A stretch of 64,000 nt of DNA from Acidobacteriota bacterium (lineage in GTDB: Bacteria > Acidobacteriota > UBA890 > WLXD01), in the NCBI GenBank assembly GCA_965205505.1, contig CBDBHB010000006.1:256001-320000 (forward strand), given 5' to 3'. The translations under genes were made by a program, and so were the position numbers. Positions 51,211 to 60,427 of this stretch are shown here, piece by piece. Under the pieces are notes generated by a model. It saw only the letters and a list, made by a program, of their open reading frames with translations, searched no databases and had not been told where the DNA came from. The number at the start of each line of letters is the position of its first letter. The stretch's first letter is position 1.

Positions 51211-51977
51211 TCCAACGAGCCGCCATAGATCGGTACGTCCTGCTGATCGTCTCCGTGACCTTGTTTGCGGCGTGCAACGACGCGGTCGAACGACCGGACC
51301 ACGACCCGCAGACCGAAGAGCTGGTACGTCAGTACCTGACGGACAACCCAGGGTTCCTGCTCGACAATCCCGAGCTTCTCGCAAACGTTCGGGTGGCGGG
51401 GCAGGCGCGCGATGAGCAGCGTGACGCGGAGGCGCGCCGGGCGATTCTCGACGCCCGCGCCGACATCGTCATTGACCCGGAGCTGACCCCGACGATCGGC
51501 TCGACAGGCGCATCGGTAACGATCATAGAGTTCTCCGACTACCAGTGCGCGCCGTGCAAGGCGAGCTATCCGGAGATCGCGGCGGTGGCCGCATCTGACG
51601 GTGACCTGCGTCTCGTTCATAAGCAGCTGCCGGTGTACGGGAGCCACTCGGTGCTCGCCGCTCGGGCGGCAACGGCTGCTCATCGGCAGGGAGGCTTCGT
51701 TGGGTTCCACGACGCGCTGATGACCACCATGACGCCGCTGACCGCGGAGCTTGTCTACGCTACTGCCGATGATCTGGGACTCGATGTGGACGCGCTCCGG
51801 CGAGACATGCGGGATCCGCGACTGATCGAGTATCTCGCCGCCGTCAAAGAGCTCGCCGAAGCGCTCGATATCGACAGCACACCGACCTTCATCGTTGGCG
51901 ACCATCTCGTCCGCGGCGGTCTGAACGCCGAGCTGCTGCGGGAGTTGGTGCAGAAGCAACGCGCTGTGGATGGCTGA
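51207..51977 (+). CDS. DsbA-family (Com1/ScsC-like) thiol-disulfide lipoprotein
   Basis: LFAAC lipobox, VRQYLTDNP helix, EFSDYQCAPCK, cis-Pro STPTF; GTGA overlap with the upstream gene. Confidence 0.88.
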   Translation: MIQRAAIDRYVLLIVSVTLFAACNDAVERPDHDPQTEELVRQYLTDNPGFLLDNPELLANVRVAGQARDEQRDAEARRAILDARADIVIDPELTPTIGSTGASVTIIEFSDYQCAPCKASYPEIAAVAASDGDLRLVHKQLPVYGSHSVLAARAATAAHRQGGFVGFHDALMTTMTPLTAELVYATADDLGLDVDALRRDMRDPRLIEYLAAVKELAEALDIDSTPTFIVGDHLVRGGLNAELLRELVQKQRAVDG

Positions 51978-52079
51978 TTGCGTTGCAACTGCCTGTCCCG
52001 CACATAGCTTTGCTGTTCGCCAACCCCCTCGGCGCGGTGCGCGTTCCGGCCAGCCGGTCAGTGAACTCCCGGCGTTGCC

Positions 52080-52193
52080 TCAAGGCCCCTAGCTTCGAAG
52101 AGTACCTGGTGGCCGGGCGCGATGACGACGCCGATCCTGGTTTGCACGTTGGCGTCTACCTATTACGGCCTCGACGTGCTGTTCGGTACGTGA
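52080..52193 (+). pseudogene. Sodium:solute symporter N-terminal remnant
   Basis: FEEYLVAGR, then in a shifted frame MTTPILVCTLASTYYGLDVLFGT*, resembling the SSS DYFLAGR motif and following helix. Confidence 0.5.
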
Positions 52194-52197
52194 GGCC

Positions 52198-52329
52198 ATG
52201 AACGGTTGGGACCTGTTTACCTGGATCAACGCGCTAGTGCTGGCGGCGAGCGCGGTAGTGATCTTTGCTTACTTCTTACGTGACGCCCGCGCAGTACTCG
52301 GGCGTCAGGGGCGTGACCACGATGAGTGA
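52198..52329 (+). CDS. 43-aa single-TM small protein
   Basis: GAGG RBS; MNGWDLFTWINALVLAASAVVIFAYFLRDARAVLGRQGRDHDE*; overlaps the MOSC start; below the ORF track cutoff. Confidence 0.65.
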   Translation: MNGWDLFTWINALVLAASAVVIFAYFLRDARAVLGRQGRDHDE

Positions 52330-52876
52330 GCTCGCTGGGTCGGTCGTATCCGTCCACAGTGGTGACCATGTCGACTTGCACAAAGAAGAGCAGCCGGAAG
52401 TTCAGGCGCAGCTCGATGGCTTCGTCGGCGACAAGCACCGCGGCTACTCGCGTGTGGCCTTCGCGGGCGACATCGATCCGGTGGGCACCGTGCGGCGAAA
52501 CGAGCGTCAGTGGTCAGCAGTGTCGATCGAGGAGCTCGAGGTAGTCGCGCAGCGGATGGATCTGCGGGAGCCGCTCGCCGCCTCGACGCTGGGAGCAAAC
52601 CTGTGCTTCCAGGACATCCCAGATCTGTCCGGGCTGCTGCGGGGTACACGCTTACACTTTCCTTCCGGAGCCGTCTTGCGCGTCGAGGAGTGTAATCCGC
52701 CCTGCGTCGAGATGGGGGACCAAATTGCCGCCGCCTACACCACCCACGCCGGTGGTCCGGTGGTCGCCGCCATGTTTCCCAAACACGCGCTGAACCTGCG
52801 CGGCGTGGTCGGGGTGGTCGACGTGCCCGGCCCCATCAGGGCGGGTGACCGCGTGGTAGTCAGATCGGCGCCGTAG
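52322..52876 (+). CDS. MOSC domain protein
   Basis: GFVGDKH, RQWSAVSIEE, LGANL, NPPC, RGVVGVVDVPGPIRAGD. Confidence 0.88.
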   Translation: MSELAGSVVSVHSGDHVDLHKEEQPEVQAQLDGFVGDKHRGYSRVAFAGDIDPVGTVRRNERQWSAVSIEELEVVAQRMDLREPLAASTLGANLCFQDIPDLSGLLRGTRLHFPSGAVLRVEECNPPCVEMGDQIAAAYTTHAGGPVVAAMFPKHALNLRGVVGVVDVPGPIRAGDRVVVRSAP

Positions 52877-52912
52877 CGTCGGGCGCTTTGCGCAAGTGCT
52901 ACTGCTGCACGT

Positions 52913-53646
52913 CTACTTGCGTACCAATGCGTCGAAGATAGCGTTGCGGATGCGCGGGGTCGGTCGGTCACGTAGCTCGGCGTCGTCGAGCGACTCGGCG
53001 ATCTTCATCAGCACCGTCGAGATACGCCGCGGTGCTCCACCGCCTTCGCGAGCCCGCGCACCAGTCGGGCGGGATGAAGGGCGGCAACCTCGGCAAGAAA
53101 CACGCCGCCATAGTTTCGCGCCGTACGGATGTGCGAGGCACATTCCTGCGGTTCCATCCAGCGCACTTCGTCGTCGGTGGCTCCGAGCGCCCGCCAGTCG
53201 TCGAGCTCTTCCCTGACGTGCGCGTGGAACATTTTCGAGGTGGCGATGGTGATATTGCCCCCTTTGGCCCAGTTGCAGTCGATCTCCTCCTGTACACAGA
53301 CACGCCCGACCTCATCGACGGTGTTGAACAGCGCCCGCTGCAAACGAATCGCGCCGTTGCGCTGAGCTGGATCGTGCAGCAGCTGGCCGATGCCGGCCAT
53401 GGTGCCGAGACACCATCCCCCGTTGCGGCCCGACGCCCCGAATCCGGCGATCTCGGCCTCGAGGATGGCTATACGGATGCCGGGCTGACGCTCAGCGAGG
53501 TAGTACGCGGTCCACAGCCCGGTGAACCCGGCACCGACGATAACGACATCTACTCGCTTGTCGGTGGTCAGGCCGGGGCGCGGCGCCAGCGGCTCTGGAA
53601 CCGTGTCGTGCCAGAAGCTGAGGTTGCGGTACTCGTTAGCCGACAC
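52913..53646 (-). pseudogene. DadA/PuuB-like FAD oxidoreductase with large internal deletion
   Basis: SFWHD, GAGFTGLW, GASGRNGG, LHPARLVRGLA; stops after 212 aa, with a C-terminus-like tail (ISTVLMKIAESLDDAE...) joined out of frame. Confidence 0.78.
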
Positions 53647-53679
53647 GCGGGCCCCCTCGGGAGCGCCCGCTGCATCCGA

Positions 53680-55392
53680 TCAAGGTCGCTGCTCCAGATC
53701 TCGCCCGAGCGCCTCGATGCGCGTCGCTTCGTCGAGACGGCCGAGGGCGCGCAGCTCCGCAGCCAGCACCGGGTAGGTCGAAAAGCGCCCGGGGTTGAGC
53801 CGCCGCGCGCGCTCCAGTGCCACCACCGAGCTCTCGTGGTTGCTGAGCGCGGCGTACGTCATACCGAGGTTGAAGGCAACGAGCCAGTCGTCCTGCGCTA
53901 GCTCGGCGGCGCTCTCGAACAGCTCGAGCGCTCGCTCGAGGTTGTCCTGGCGAAAGTAGTACAGCCCCTGGATGTTGGCGAGGCCGATCTGCGTCACGCG
54001 GTTGGTCTCCAGCTTCTCCTGTTCGTCTGCGGCGGTGAGCGTTCGGTAGCGTTCCATCAGCTGCCGGCTCTCGTCGGTCTTGCCACGATCCCGCAACACC
54101 AGCGCTAGCGTGTAGTAGCCCTCCAGTAAGTCGGGGTTAAGCTCCAGAGCCCGTCGGCAATACGTCTCGGCAGCGGCGAGGTCGCCCATTTCTCGACGCA
54201 CCCGACATAGCTCCTTGTGCGCTAACGGGCTGCGCGGCACGGCACGGATGGCGCGGGTCAACAGCTCATCGGCGACCTCCGGCTGGTTGCGCTTGACGTA
54301 GATGTCGGCCAGACGAATGTAGGCGCTGATCCCCCGGCGGCGAAGCTCGATGGTGCGCTCGTATTCGGTGATCGCCGTCTCGTATTCGGTAATCGCCGTG
54401 TCGAAATCGCCCTGGTTGTCCGACATGACGGCGAGCTCGAGGTAGGAAGGTCCGGCGGCCTGTGGTCCCTCGGCAGCGCGGAGAAAAGTGGCCCGCGCCT
54501 CGGTGTAGTTGCCCATCTGCAACTGCATCCGCCCCTTGAGCAGGTAGAGCCGCGGATCCTCGATGCCGGCTCGCTCGCAATCTCCGATCAAGCTCACAGC
54601 CTGCTCCGGGAGGTACAAGCGTCGATACGCACGGCTGAGCGCCAGGCAGCTATCGCCTTCGTGCGGGCGCTGTTCGAACACCTTCTCGAACGCCTCGGCG
54701 GCCTTCAACACCGCCTCGAGTTCAGTGCCGTGCTCGCTCAGGAGCCGCCCTAGCAGCAACCAGGCGTCGGTCGTCTGCGGCGCAACGGCCACACATTCCT
54801 CAAGCTCTATGATGGCTTGAGCGTGGTCGCCGAGCGCCGCGTAGGCGAGCGCCAGGCCGTAACGCGGCAGCGCTACCTCCGGATTCAGCCGCGAAGCGGC
54901 GCGCAACCAGTTGATCGCTTCCTCGTGCCGCCCGACCCGGAGCAGGGCGATGCCGAGGTTGAACTGGGTGACGAACAAGTCGGGCGCCAACTGGGCTGCC
55001 TGGCTCAGCAGCGGCAACGCTTCGTCGGAGTACCCGAGCTCGAGCAAGGACCGTCCAACCTGGCTGCGCGCGATGGGGTCGTCGGGCTCGAGCACCAGGG
55101 CGCCGTCGAACGCCTCCAGCGCTTCCTGGAAATCACCGTTCTGCAGCGCCGCGGCGCCGGCCAGCAGCAGAGTCTGGAACTCGTTCAGCTCCGCTGGGGG
55201 AGCTTGGTCCTGGGTGTTGGCGAGTACCCCCGACGATCCGAGGCTGCCCGTCGCCGGGGCCGGGGGGGCCGCCGGGTGCAGACCCACCAGCACGCCGAGC
55301 GCGCCCGCAACCAGGATCGACCGGTGCCAGAAGTTGATTGTCGTGAATCGAGTCAAACTGTGTTGATCCGCCATCGGGCTGCCTCTCGACAT
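53680..55392 (-). CDS. Exported multi-TPR protein
   Basis: N-terminal hydrophobic segment and many TPR units (FNLGIAL...A...A...NP). Confidence 0.85.
   Translation of the reverse strand: MSRGSPMADQHSLTRFTTINFWHRSILVAGALGVLVGLHPAAPPAPATGSLGSSGVLANTQDQAPPAELNEFQTLLLAGAAALQNGDFQEALEAFDGALVLEPDDPIARSQVGRSLLELGYSDEALPLLSQAAQLAPDLFVTQFNLGIALLRVGRHEEAINWLRAASRLNPEVALPRYGLALAYAALGDHAQAIIELEECVAVAPQTTDAWLLLGRLLSEHGTELEAVLKAAEAFEKVFEQRPHEGDSCLALSRAYRRLYLPEQAVSLIGDCERAGIEDPRLYLLKGRMQLQMGNYTEARATFLRAAEGPQAAGPSYLELAVMSDNQGDFDTAITEYETAITEYERTIELRRRGISAYIRLADIYVKRNQPEVADELLTRAIRAVPRSPLAHKELCRVRREMGDLAAAETYCRRALELNPDLLEGYYTLALVLRDRGKTDESRQLMERYRTLTAADEQEKLETNRVTQIGLANIQGLYYFRQDNLERALELFESAAELAQDDWLVAFNLGMTYAALSNHESSVVALERARRLNPGRFSTYPVLAAELRALGRLDEATRIEALGRDLEQRP
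54358..54399. repeat. 21-bp tandem duplication (TAITEYE x2)
   Basis: CTCGTATTCGGTGATCGCCGT / CTCGTATTCGGTAATCGCCGT. Confidence 0.85.
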
Positions 55393-55396
55393 GGTT

Positions 55397-57757
55397 TCAG
55401 CTACCGACCCTCGCCTGGGCGCGCTCGGCGAGGCGGGCATTCAGGCGGGACAGGTCGTCCCGGCCGAGTCGATTGTAGATGTCTGCCAAGAGGAAGTGCC
55501 CCAGCGCGCGATCCCGCGGCGGGATCCCGCTCACCGCCAGGGCTCCCTCGACCAACTCGATGGCCTCCTCGTAACCCTGACCGCGCACCAGGTGGATGCG
55601 TGCCATGAAGAGACGCGCGCGCGGGAACATCGGATCGATCGTTAGCGCCAGCTGGAGATAGCGCTCCTCTTGCTCCAGATCTTGCAGGTTACGGTGTATC
55701 AGGCTCAGGTTGAACGCCGACATCAGGTGCCCGGGCGAGATCTCGAGCTCGCGACGGTAGGCGGCGATCGCCTCGTTCAGTCGACCCCGGCGCTCGAACA
55801 GCTGGGCCCAGGTGAAGTGCAGCTCCGGTATCTGGTCGTTGAGCTCCTGGGCGCGATCCAGCTGCGGCTGGGCGAGCTCGATACGACCGAGTTGCATGTG
55901 CGCGCTGGCCAGCCCGACGTGCGCCCCGGCCATGTTGGGGTCGAGCTCGAGCGCTTGGTTGAACGCCGCGATCGCTTCCTCATGGCGCCCGCTGCGCTGG
56001 TAGATGCCTCCGAGGGAGAGTTGAACCCGGGCGTCTGGCTCCAGCACATCGGCGAAATCGGTCAGCACCCGCTCGGCATCATCGGTCCGCCCTGAGCGCA
56101 TCTGAGCGTTGGCGAGGAACAGCACCATGCCGATGTCGTCTGGCTTTCGGGCGATCGCCTCCTCGAAGACAGGGATAGCCTCGGGGTAACGTTCCTGATC
56201 GCTCAGCAGGTTGCCGAGCGCTTGGTAGGCATCGATCACCCCGGGGTCGGCAGCGATGATGCCACGGAACAGCGATTCCGCCTCCGCTAGCTCAGACCGC
56301 AACGTCAGCGACCGCGCCCTCAGGAGATCGTTGTAGATGTCGATCTTGCCTACGGGGCTGGCTCGGATCTCGGTGTCGTCCTCGATGGAGTCGGCGAAGT
56401 TGCCCAGATATCCGAGGGCGGCGAGCCGCCGGCGGGTTTCCTCGTCGAGCGTCACGGCCTCGGCCAGACCGCCATCCTGCTCGTAGTCCGCTACCAGGGT
56501 GTCGGCCTGCTGACGTAGCAGCTCGGTGGTGGCGGCGCGCTGCTGCGACAGGTTCACGGCCTCGTCCGGGTCCGATGCCAAGTCATAGAGCTCCGGCTCG
56601 GACGACATGATGAGCTTGTACTCGGGGCTCAGCAGGACACGTAACTCGCTCCAACCGAAGTGCAGCCGCGGGTAGTAGGTCTCGGAGTAGACCAAGCTGT
56701 CGGTGCGCTCGGGAGCGCCGGCGCCGAGCAGCGGGACCAGGCTCTGGCTCTGCACCTCGGACGGAATCGGCAGCCCGACCAGCGTGAGGATCGTGGGCAT
56801 GATGTCGACCAGCGACACGGGCTCGGATCGCCGTACGCCCTGATAGGCCGCAAACGGTGTGGAGATTACCAGGGGAACGCGGATCGTCGCTTCATAGAGA
56901 AAGAAGCCGTGCTCGATCTCGCCGTGCTCACCGAGGCTCTCGCCGTGGTCCCCCGCTACGATCACGAAGGTATCCTCACGGCGGCCGCTGCTGTCGAGCC
57001 AAGCGATCAGGCGACGGAGCTGCGTATCTGCATAGGCGATCTCGCCGACGTACGGGCGTTCCGGATATCGGTCGCGAAATTCAGGCGGTGGCTCGTACGG
57101 GGTGTGGGCGTCGAACATGTGGACCCACAGGAAGAACGGCGCCGATGGATCTTGGCGGGACCACGCCAGCGCGGCGTCGACCACGTCCGACGCCGGCCGC
57201 TGGATGCTCGCCAGCGCGATCATGCGCGTCCGGGGCACCTCGAACTCGTCGAAGTAGGTGTCGAAGCCCTGCGCCAGCCCGAAGCGCCCGTCGAGGACGA
57301 ACGACGAGACGAACGCCCCCGTCCGATAACCGGCGTCGCGGAACAACTCCCCCAGCGTATCCAGATCGTCGGGCGCCACAAAGGCGCCGTTGTCGCGCAC
57401 GCCGTGGTAGGGAGGGTACGTGCCGCTCATCAACGACGTATGCGATGGCAGCGTCAGCGGCGTCGCCGAGTAGGCGCGCAGGAAGGTAACGCCCGCAGCG
57501 GCCAGCCCATCGAATGCAGGGGTCTCGATGTCGTCGTAGCCATAGGCCCCGATGCGGTCGGCCCGTGTCGTGTCGAGCGTTACCAGCATTACGTTCATCT
57601 GTCGGTCGCCGCGCAGCGAGGCGATGTCAGGTGCAGTCGTCGGTGCCGACAACAAACGATAGCCGACATACGCGAGCGCCGTCACGACCGCCAGGCCTAC
57701 CACGGCGCGCACTGCTATGGTTTGCCAGCTTCGTGATCTGGAGGTCAGCTTGGTCAT
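55397..57757 (-). CDS. Sulfatase-like hydrolase/transferase with C-terminal TPRs (paralog 1)
   Basis: TM, LDTTRAD, PLTLPSHTSL, HMFDAHTPY, GDHGESLGEHGE, ELYDL..DP, LAALGY, TPR array. Confidence 0.9.
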   Translation of the reverse strand: MTKLTSRSRSWQTIAVRAVVGLAVVTALAYVGYRLLSAPTTAPDIASLRGDRQMNVMLVTLDTTRADRIGAYGYDDIETPAFDGLAAAGVTFLRAYSATPLTLPSHTSLMSGTYPPYHGVRDNGAFVAPDDLDTLGELFRDAGYRTGAFVSSFVLDGRFGLAQGFDTYFDEFEVPRTRMIALASIQRPASDVVDAALAWSRQDPSAPFFLWVHMFDAHTPYEPPPEFRDRYPERPYVGEIAYADTQLRRLIAWLDSSGRREDTFVIVAGDHGESLGEHGEIEHGFFLYEATIRVPLVISTPFAAYQGVRRSEPVSLVDIMPTILTLVGLPIPSEVQSQSLVPLLGAGAPERTDSLVYSETYYPRLHFGWSELRVLLSPEYKLIMSSEPELYDLASDPDEAVNLSQQRAATTELLRQQADTLVADYEQDGGLAEAVTLDEETRRRLAALGYLGNFADSIEDDTEIRASPVGKIDIYNDLLRARSLTLRSELAEAESLFRGIIAADPGVIDAYQALGNLLSDQERYPEAIPVFEEAIARKPDDIGMVLFLANAQMRSGRTDDAERVLTDFADVLEPDARVQLSLGGIYQRSGRHEEAIAAFNQALELDPNMAGAHVGLASAHMQLGRIELAQPQLDRAQELNDQIPELHFTWAQLFERRGRLNEAIAAYRRELEISPGHLMSAFNLSLIHRNLQDLEQEERYLQLALTIDPMFPRARLFMARIHLVRGQGYEEAIELVEGALAVSGIPPRDRALGHFLLADIYNRLGRDDLSRLNARLAERAQARVGS

Positions 57758-57797
57758 CAGGGCTCGTCGCTGATCAGCGGTGCGCAGGGGTCCATCG

Positions 57798-60251
57798 TCA
57801 GCGCTGTGTCCCGTCTCGGAGCTGCATCCCAAGACGGGCGTGCTGGTTGGAGAGCTCGTTTCTTCCGAGTCGATTGTAGATGTCCGCGAGCAAGAGATGG
57901 CCCAGCGCCTGGTTCTGCCTGGTGATCTCTTGCGGTACCCGACGCGCCGTCGATGATTCCATTCGCACCAACGCCTCCTCGACGAGCGACAAGGCCTCGT
58001 CGAGGCGCTCGTTCTTCACCAGGTGGATGCGAGCCAGGAACAGGCTTCCACGGGTGAACTGCGGGTTGATCTCGAGGGCCAGACGCAGGTACCGCTCCTC
58101 CCCGACGAGGTCGCGTCGGTTGCGGTAGATGACGCTGAGGTTGATCGCGGCCCTGATGTTGCGCGGCACGTTCTCGAGCTCGCGGCGGTAGGCGGCGATT
58201 GCCTCGTCCGGCTGTCCTCGGGCCTCGAACAGCAAGGCGCGATGGAAGTGCAGATCGGCGAGGGTATCGTTGAAGCCGCGCGCCAGGTTCAGGTGGTCAT
58301 CCGCCAGGCGCGGGCGGCCGGCGGCCAGGTGGACGGCGCCGAGCCCGAGGTGCGCGGCGCCCATGAGATTGTCGACCGGCTTGGGTGCGGTTCGCAGCAG
58401 CCCTGGCATGTCCGCCAGACTGCCCTCGCTGAGGCGCAACGCCTCGTTGAAGTAGGTTGCCGCCTCGTCGTAGGACCCCGTGGATCGCTTGATCTGCCCT
58501 AGGTTGATGTAGAACCGGGCATCCGGCTTCGGGACGTCGATGAAGTCCAGCAACAGAGCCTCGGCCGCGTCCATCCGACCGGCCTGCATCTGCGACTTGG
58601 TGAGATGCACTACCAGGCCTGCATCTTCGGGCCTCATAGAGAGCGCGGTCTCCAAGACTTCGATTGCCTCCTCGTAGCGGAACTGCTCCAAGAGCAGAGT
58701 GCCGAGCGACTGGTGCGCATCGACTACGCCGGCATCCTCGGCGATGACCCTCCGCAGGAGCGTCTCGGCCTCGGCTACCTGGTCGCTGAGGGTCAGGCCG
58801 CGGGCTCGGATCAGGTCGTTGTAGATCTCGATCTTGTCCCTCGGGTTGGCGCGCTCGACGTCCGGGTCGTCGGCGTCGGCGCTGTAGGTGCCGATGTAGC
58901 CGAGCGCGGCGAGCCGCTGCCGCGTCGCCTGGTCGACTGCGACGGTGTTCGCTGGGTTGCTATTCTCCTCGAGCCGCGCCACCAGCTCCTCGGCCTCCCG
59001 GCGCAGCGCCTCTGCCGTGGCGGCGCGCTGTGATACGAGGTTCTGCTGTTCTCCGGGGTCCTGCACAAGATCGTAGAGCTCCGGCTCGGGCGAGATGATG
59101 AGCTTGTAGGTTGGGTCGAGGATCGCCTGGAGCTCGCTCCAGCCGAAATGGAGGCGCGGGTAGAAAGTCTCGGCATAGACGCGCTCGTCGCGCCAGCCCT
59201 CGACCTCGGCGTGCCTGGCAAACAGCGGTACCAGGCTCCTGCCCTGCACCTCCTCGGGGGTCTCCAGCCCGGTCAACTCCAGCACGGTCGGCATGACGTC
59301 GATCAACGAGACCAGCTCGTGACGCTGGATGCCCTGCGGCTCGCCGAATGGCGCGGCGATGATCAGCGGCACCCGGATGGCCGACTCATACAGCAGCAGC
59401 CCGTGCTCGTTCTCCCCGTGCTCGCCAAGGCTCTCGCCGTGATCGGCTGCCACCACCACGTAGGTGTCGTCGGACAGACCGGAGTCGTCCAGCCACGAGG
59501 TCAGCCTGCCCACCAAGGAGTCGGTCCAGGCGATCTCACCGACGTAAGGCCGATCGGCGTATCGTGACCTGAAGGGCTCCGGCGGCTCGTATGGGGCGTG
59601 CGGATCGTACAGGTGTACCCACATGAAGAACGGGGTCGTGTCGTCCTCGCGGGCCCAGGCCAAGGCGGTGTCGATGACCTCCGATCCGGGACGCTGCACG
59701 TGGCCCAGATCGATCTGTCCTTGCTCGGGCGCCTCGAACTCGTCGAAGTAGCGGTCGAACCCCTGCGCCAGGCCCCAGCGCGAGTCGAGGACGAAGGCCC
59801 CGACGAAGGCGCCGGTGCGGTAGCCGGCCTCCTGGAAGCTCTCGGCCAGGGTCTGCAGCCCTTCCGCGGCAACGTACGCGCCGTTGTCGCGCACCCCGTG
59901 GTAGGGCGGGTGGGTGCCGGTGAACAGCGACGTGTGCGAGGGCAGCGTCAGCGGCGTTGGGGCGTAGGCGCGCATGAAGGTGACGCCGCGGGCGGCAAGC
60001 GCATCGATAACAGGTGTGTCGACGTCGTCTGATCCGTAGACTCCGATGTGATCGGCGCGCGTCGTGTCGAGCGTCACCAGCACGACGCTCATCTGCCGGT
60101 CGCCGCGCCGCGAGCCGAGGTCCGGCGCCGAGCCCGGGAGGCGCCAGAACAGATATCCGATGAGGGTCGATGAGAGCACGATCGCCAGGGTGATGCCGGC
60201 GCGAACGGCTCCGGGTCGACGACGAAACGAGCTGGCAGTGGAGTGGGTCAT
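57798..60251 (-). CDS. Sulfatase-like hydrolase/transferase with C-terminal TPRs (paralog 2)
   Basis: Same architecture: LDTTRAD, PLTLPSHTSL, HLYDPHAPY, ADHGESLGEHGE, TPR array. Confidence 0.9.
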   Translation of the reverse strand: MTHSTASSFRRRPGAVRAGITLAIVLSSTLIGYLFWRLPGSAPDLGSRRGDRQMSVVLVTLDTTRADHIGVYGSDDVDTPVIDALAARGVTFMRAYAPTPLTLPSHTSLFTGTHPPYHGVRDNGAYVAAEGLQTLAESFQEAGYRTGAFVGAFVLDSRWGLAQGFDRYFDEFEAPEQGQIDLGHVQRPGSEVIDTALAWAREDDTTPFFMWVHLYDPHAPYEPPEPFRSRYADRPYVGEIAWTDSLVGRLTSWLDDSGLSDDTYVVVAADHGESLGEHGENEHGLLLYESAIRVPLIIAAPFGEPQGIQRHELVSLIDVMPTVLELTGLETPEEVQGRSLVPLFARHAEVEGWRDERVYAETFYPRLHFGWSELQAILDPTYKLIISPEPELYDLVQDPGEQQNLVSQRAATAEALRREAEELVARLEENSNPANTVAVDQATRQRLAALGYIGTYSADADDPDVERANPRDKIEIYNDLIRARGLTLSDQVAEAETLLRRVIAEDAGVVDAHQSLGTLLLEQFRYEEAIEVLETALSMRPEDAGLVVHLTKSQMQAGRMDAAEALLLDFIDVPKPDARFYINLGQIKRSTGSYDEAATYFNEALRLSEGSLADMPGLLRTAPKPVDNLMGAAHLGLGAVHLAAGRPRLADDHLNLARGFNDTLADLHFHRALLFEARGQPDEAIAAYRRELENVPRNIRAAINLSVIYRNRRDLVGEERYLRLALEINPQFTRGSLFLARIHLVKNERLDEALSLVEEALVRMESSTARRVPQEITRQNQALGHLLLADIYNRLGRNELSNQHARLGMQLRDGTQR

Positions 60252-60427
60252 GATGGCTTGGAGTCGGCACCGGTCGATGAGGCCGAGCGGTGCGCGGCGC
60301 GGCACTCCGACCAGGGGTTGCCCGACGGGCATCCATGTAGTTTATAGGTGTACTGGGGCGGCTCACCAGATCGCCGGCCCGTGGATGCGAGGCGATCCTG
60401 CCGGTGAGGCTCAGACTTCGGTTGAGG

